DNA from: Haliotis cracherodii
Taxonomy: Eukaryota
Assembly: GCF_022045235.1 (NCBI RefSeq)
Contig: NW_027266308.1
Location: 58,528,001-58,592,000 of the forward strand
Reading direction: 5' to 3'
DNA: 64,000 nucleotides
The notes under the pieces are model-generated. The model did no database searches. It saw only the letters and a list, made by a program, of their open reading frames with translations, and had not been told where the DNA came from. This document shows, in pieces, positions 59,061 through 64,000 of the stretch; position 1 is the stretch's first letter, and each line of letters opens with the position of its first letter. The position numbers and the translations under genes are program-made.

Positions 59061-60342
59061 TAGTAATAATTGAGATGTTTTAACCTTTATCAGCAGTTAA
59101 AACTGCATACAGCTCCGCAATAATCCCCAAGGCCACGGACATAACTTTAGTTTATAATCTAGTTCACTTACTTGCTCAGTCTAAAATATACAGATTAAAA
59201 AAATACTCACTGAGGTATAATTCTAAGAACAATGAACTACATAGGTATGTATGTAAAGGTTTAATCTCATGTGGTTTATAGGCCGTTGGTAGTCTGGTGG
59301 TTTAACCGTTTGCTTGTTATACCAAAGACCCAGGTTCAATTCCCCACATGGGTACAATGTATGGAGCCCATTTCATTTCTCGCCCGCCGTGATTTTGCTG
59401 AAAGCGGCGTAAAACTAAACTGACTCACGCACCCCTGTGGTATATGAAGGCGGCCTAATCCGTGAGTGCACGGTGACGCTACTCCGGTGGAGTATCCAAG
59501 GTATGGTGTTGTTGGTTACAGTGACAGATAGCCTAACGACTGAATACAACTATGTGGACCCACCCAACTTTATTAATAGGATAAAGGAAGGCGTAACGCC
59601 GCTGATATGCCCTTTATTCAGAACAAGGGGCTTCCACACCTGTTGGTTCAAATCCCTGCTATTGTGTAGGCGTCACACACAGACACTGTAGCTATGGATA
59701 AATATCAGCACGGGTGTAGTATGAAGCAGTCAGCTCGTTGAGGATTTTATGAGACAGCAGATCAAGATTCACTGCTCGGCAAACATATCTTAATACAGTC
59801 TACCTTTATAACCTTCTTGTAGACTTTATAACAGTCTACCTTTATAAGAGAAAAGGGGAGTGAAAGTGAGGGGGCATCTTGTTTTGACTCTTTGTACCTT
59901 TGAAGAGCAAGAATTCGTATTTAAATACAGAATGTTATCGACAATTTCTTATCTTTCTTCTAACAAACTCGGTAACCTTTTCATGTTTGTGTTTAGACTG
60001 TATGGCTTACACTGTTGCCGGGATAGTTGTCGGGTGGTAATCAGGTCGCGGTGGTCGCGTTCAGCTACATGTACTTGTAATGCTTAAAGTGCCTTCACAG
60101 TTGTATTTTTTCTAACAGTCTTCAGGGCAAGTTGAAGAGTAAATTGTGTCTGAATATTGATCAAGGAATATTTGCAAAGTCTTATTTTGACGAGGGATAT
60201 CACGGGAAGTTGTTGAGCATTAAAGCAGTGTTGCGTTTGGCCATGTCCACTGCGTCATTGTCTTTATCTCCGCAGTACAATAATGCAATGTAGTCAGCCA
60301 CCGATGGAATTACAAAAAGCCATGTCCGTATCCTTAGAGAAA

Positions 60343-62712
60343 AGCCGACGATGGAACACATTGCCATGTTAGTCTAACTAGTAATAAACCAACGATGGAA
60401 CACATTGCCATGTTAGTCTTATTGGTGATAAGTCGGCGATGGAACACATTGCTTTGTTGATCTCCGTAGTGATAAGCAAACAGCCAAACACATTGCCATG
60501 TTAGTCTCACTAGTGATAAGCCGACGATGGAACACATTGCCATATTTGTCTTATTGGTGATAAGCCAGCGATGGAACACATTGCTTTGTTGATCTCCGTA
60601 GTGATAAGCCAACAGCGAAACACATTGCCATGTTAGTCTCACTAGTAATAAGCCAGCGATCGAACACATTGCCATGTTTGTCTCACTAATAATAAGCCAT
60701 CGATCGAACACATTGCTTTGTTGATCTCCGTAGTGATAAGCCAACAGCGAAACACATTGCCATGTTTGTCTCACTAGTAAAACGCCAGCGATCGAACACA
60801 TTGCCATGTTTGTCTCACATGTGAAAAGGCAGCGATCGAACACATTGCTATGTTTGTCTCACTAATAATAAGCCATCGATCAAACACATTGCCATGTTAG
60901 TCTCACTAGTAATAAGCCATCGATCGAACACATTGCCATGTTTGTCTCACTAGTAAAACGCCAGCGATCGAACACATTGCCATGTTTGTCTCACTAGTAA
61001 TAAGCCAGCGACCAAACACATTGCCATGTTAGTCTCACTAGTAATAAGCTAGCGATCAGACACATTACCATGTGTCTTATTAGTTATAAGCCGACGATGG
61101 AACACATTGCCATGTTTGTCTCACTAGTAATAAGCCAGCGATGGAACACATTGCTTTGTTGATCTCCGTAATGATGCGCAAACAGCGAAACACATTGCCA
61201 TGTTAGTCTCACTAGTAATAAACCAGCGATCGAACACATTGCCATGTTTGTCTCACTAGTAATAAGCCAGCGATCGAACACATTGCCATGTTAGTCTCAC
61301 TAGTAATAAGCCAGCGATCGAACACATTGTCATGTTTGTCTCACTAGTAATAAGCCAGCGATGGAACACATTGCCATGTTTGTCTCACGAGTAATAAGCC
61401 AGCGATGGAACACATTGCCATGTTTGTCTCACTAGTAATAAGCCAGCGATGAAACACATTGCCATGTTTGTCTCACTAGTAATAAGCCAGCGATCGAACA
61501 CATTGCCATGTTTGTCTCACTAGTAATAAGCCAGCGATGGAACACATTGCCATGTTTGTCTCACAAGTAATAAGCCAGCGATGAAACACATTGCCATGTT
61601 TGTCTCACTAGTAAAACGCCAGCGATCAGACACATTGCCATGTTAGTCTCACTAGTAATAAGCCAGCGATGGAACACATTGCCATGTTTGTCTCACTAGT
61701 AATAAGCCAGCGATCGAACACATTGCCATGTTTGTCTCACTAGTAATAAGCCAGCGATGGAACACATTGCCATGTTTGTCTCACTAGTAATAAGCCAGCG
61801 ATGAAACCCATTGCCATGTTTGTCTCACTAGTAATAAGCCAGCGATCGAACACATTGCCATGTTAGTCTCACAAGTAATAAGCCAGCGATGAAACCCATT
61901 GCCATGTTTGTCTCACTAGTAATAAGCCAGCGATCGAACACATTGCCATGTTAGTCTCACAAGTAATAAGCCAGCGATGGAACACATTGCCATGTTTGTC
62001 TCACTAGTAATAAGCCAGCGATGAAACCCATTGCCATGTTTGTCTCACTAGTAATAAGCCAGCGATCGAACCCATTGCCATGTTTGTCTCACTAATAATA
62101 AGCCATCGATGGAACACATTGCCATGTTTGTCTCACTAGTAAAACGCCAGCGATCAGACACATTGCCATGTTAGTCTCACTAGTAATAAGCCAGCGATGG
62201 AACACATTGCCATGTTTGTCTCACTAGTAAAACGCCAGCGATCAAACACATTGCCATGTTTGTCTCACTAGTAATAAGCCAGCGATGGAACACATTGCCA
62301 TGTTTGTCTCACTAGTAATAAGCCAGCGATCGAACCCATTGCCATGTTTGTCTCACTAATAATAAGCCATCGATGGAACACATTGCCATGTTTGTCTCAC
62401 TAGTAAAACGCCAGCGATCAGACACATTGCCATGTTAGTCTCACTAGTAATAAGCCAGCGATGGAACACATTGCCATGTTTGTCTCACTAGTAAAACGCC
62501 AGCGATCGAACACATTGCCATGTTTGTCTCACTAGTAATAAGCCAGCGATGGAACACATTGCCATGTTTGTCTCACTAGTAATAAGCCAGCGATGAAACC
62601 CATTGCCATGTTTGTCTCACTAGTAATAAGCCAGCTATGGAACACATTGCCATGTTAGTCTCACAAGTAATAAACCAGCGATGGAACACATTGCCATGTT
62701 TGTCTTATTAGT
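60343..62712. repeat. 44-bp tandem array, about 54 copies
   Basis: Unit CGATGGAACACATTGCCATGTTTGTCTCACTAGTAATAAGCCAG with variants. Confidence 0.97.
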
Positions 62713-63554
62713 ATGGGGGGAGGAATAGGTGGAATAACCAATGTTTGTCATAAGAGCCGACTAAAGGTCATCGTGTGGTCAAGCTCTGCGAATTGCGATG
62801 TCATGGGTTGTTGCTCATGCATTTTCAATCACTGGTTTGCCTGGTCCAGACTCTCAGTTGACAGCGGCGTAAAACAACTTTCACTGTTTGTTAAACTTTG
62901 TATACAATGGCTGTTATATAATTGTCGTCGGCTGTCCAAATATGAGTAACGGATGTTGTGTACACGCACTGTGCGTGTTACTGCTAGACTTAGTGCTGTG
63001 CATAGTATATTAATATTATAGACTTATTGTAATAAGAACACATAAGTTAATAACATAAGTCAATTGAATAGCAGTTTTATCTTTATTGCTCATAATGCCT
63101 TGGTATAGGCATTCAGTCCTCAGTTCTGTACAGCAATGTACGTTCGTATAATCGTCGTTAGGCTACCAAGATAATGTAAATCCTCTGAAGTTCCAAATAT
63201 ATAATGCACGCTTTATGCAGAACGAAGCAATATGGTCGCTCCGTGACACAAAATCTACATCATGCCCATAGGCTAACACGTTATTCAGATGTCAATGCCT
63301 TAAACAAATCCACCCAAAAAACATTTTAGAGGTGACAATGCCAATCTGATAAAACATTTCACAATATGTCTTGTTATTAAACATTAGCTATAATGAAATC
63401 GTCGAAGACTTGAAACGCTTTGGCATTGAATGAAATACATCCTTCATTGTTTGTACAGCATATATGTAACCTTAACATCTTGTGAACAATTCCTATCCCC
63501 CAGACAAACAGCATTATGTGCAACATAAATACAATGACATCCACTACTTCAGCA

Positions 63555-63763
63555 CTACGCCGGCGATGTTCCTTTCCCCTTCTTGTTGTCCACCAGCATC
63601 AGCACCCCGGCCACACCCTCCAGTAACAGAGCCACGATGGCCAGGCCGAAGCTGAACGCGAGCTCTCCGGCCTTGTAATTAACACCTTTTGGTATCGGTC
63701 TACCGTAATCTCCGTCGTTAAACTCCGCTCCAAACACGATCACCGCTATAAGGTAACATATTG
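63555..63763 (-). CDS. Last exon of a claudin/PMP22/EMP-like tetraspan membrane protein
   Basis: Acceptor cattttgcAG. AICYLIAVIVFG (TM3) and LAFSFGLAIVALLLEGVAGVLML (TM4), TAG; AATAAA near 63086-63081. Confidence 0.8.
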
Positions 63764-63847
63764 CTGCAAAATGTAAAGAAGAAAAATATGTAAATGTAGG
63801 TATGCGCTTATTGTATGAAATTCGCAATTTGTATGCTTAATCTCTAT

Positions 63848-64000
63848 GAGTGAGTGAGTGAGTGAGTTGGGTTTAACGCCGCTTTTAACACTATTCCAGT
63901 TATATCGCGGCGTGTCAGCTTAATGTGGGAGGAAAGCCCGAAGTGATGCAGGTCTCAGACGTTTACCACTTCGGTGAAACCCACGAGCACTCTGACAAAC
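63848..64000 (-). mobile_element. SINE family A (partial, window edge)
   Basis: (GAGT)n tail and body identical to other copies (also 32100-32245, 50915-51080, 56757-56922). Confidence 0.85.

Noticed and set aside
60334-61281. 169-aa and 65-aa repetitive ORFs
   Set aside because: They are translations of the 44-bp satellite; the period is not a multiple of 3 and there is no splice or domain support.
1-64000. Hammerhead ribozymes
   Set aside because: The CTGATGA cores I checked by eye lack a properly placed GAAA and flanking stems; an Infernal scan would be needed to exclude them fully.

Overview
Eukaryotic, repeat-rich genomic DNA, not prokaryotic. It is probably from a marine mollusc; the tRNA-derived SINEs with (ACTC)n tails resemble abalone/gastropod-type repeats (inference). 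Almost all ORFs in the supplied track are spurious, and the real genes are spliced. Host genes read by hand: (1) a minus-strand chondroitin sulfate synthase (CHSY/CHPF-family)-like gene, with coding exons 2148-1561 and 731-<1; (2) an apparently isolated BRMS1/BRMS1L-like exon (3288-3196, minus) followed by a U12-type ATATCCTTT donor; (3) a plus-strand divergent ionotropic glutamate receptor / IR-type gene with at least 10 exons (28459-36966); (4) a plus-strand signal-peptide protein with HFxGG / RxDTGxxNxSP / DxDGD motifs and two EGF domains, at least 14 exons (43165-51825+), carrying a +1 frameshift in exon 7; (5) the last exon of a minus-strand claudin/PMP22-like gene (63763-63555). The rest is layered mobile DNA: an Academ transposon inserted in a SINE and itself carrying an RTE-X-like LINE, four degenerate Tc1/mariner copies, L2, APE-LINE, R4/Dong and Penelope-like fragments, four SINE families (three sharing one 3' tail), several MITEs, a miniature LTR element (TRIM-like) with a perfect tRNA-Lys primer-binding site, and two 44-bp tandem arrays. 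All calls come from manual reading, with no database searches.
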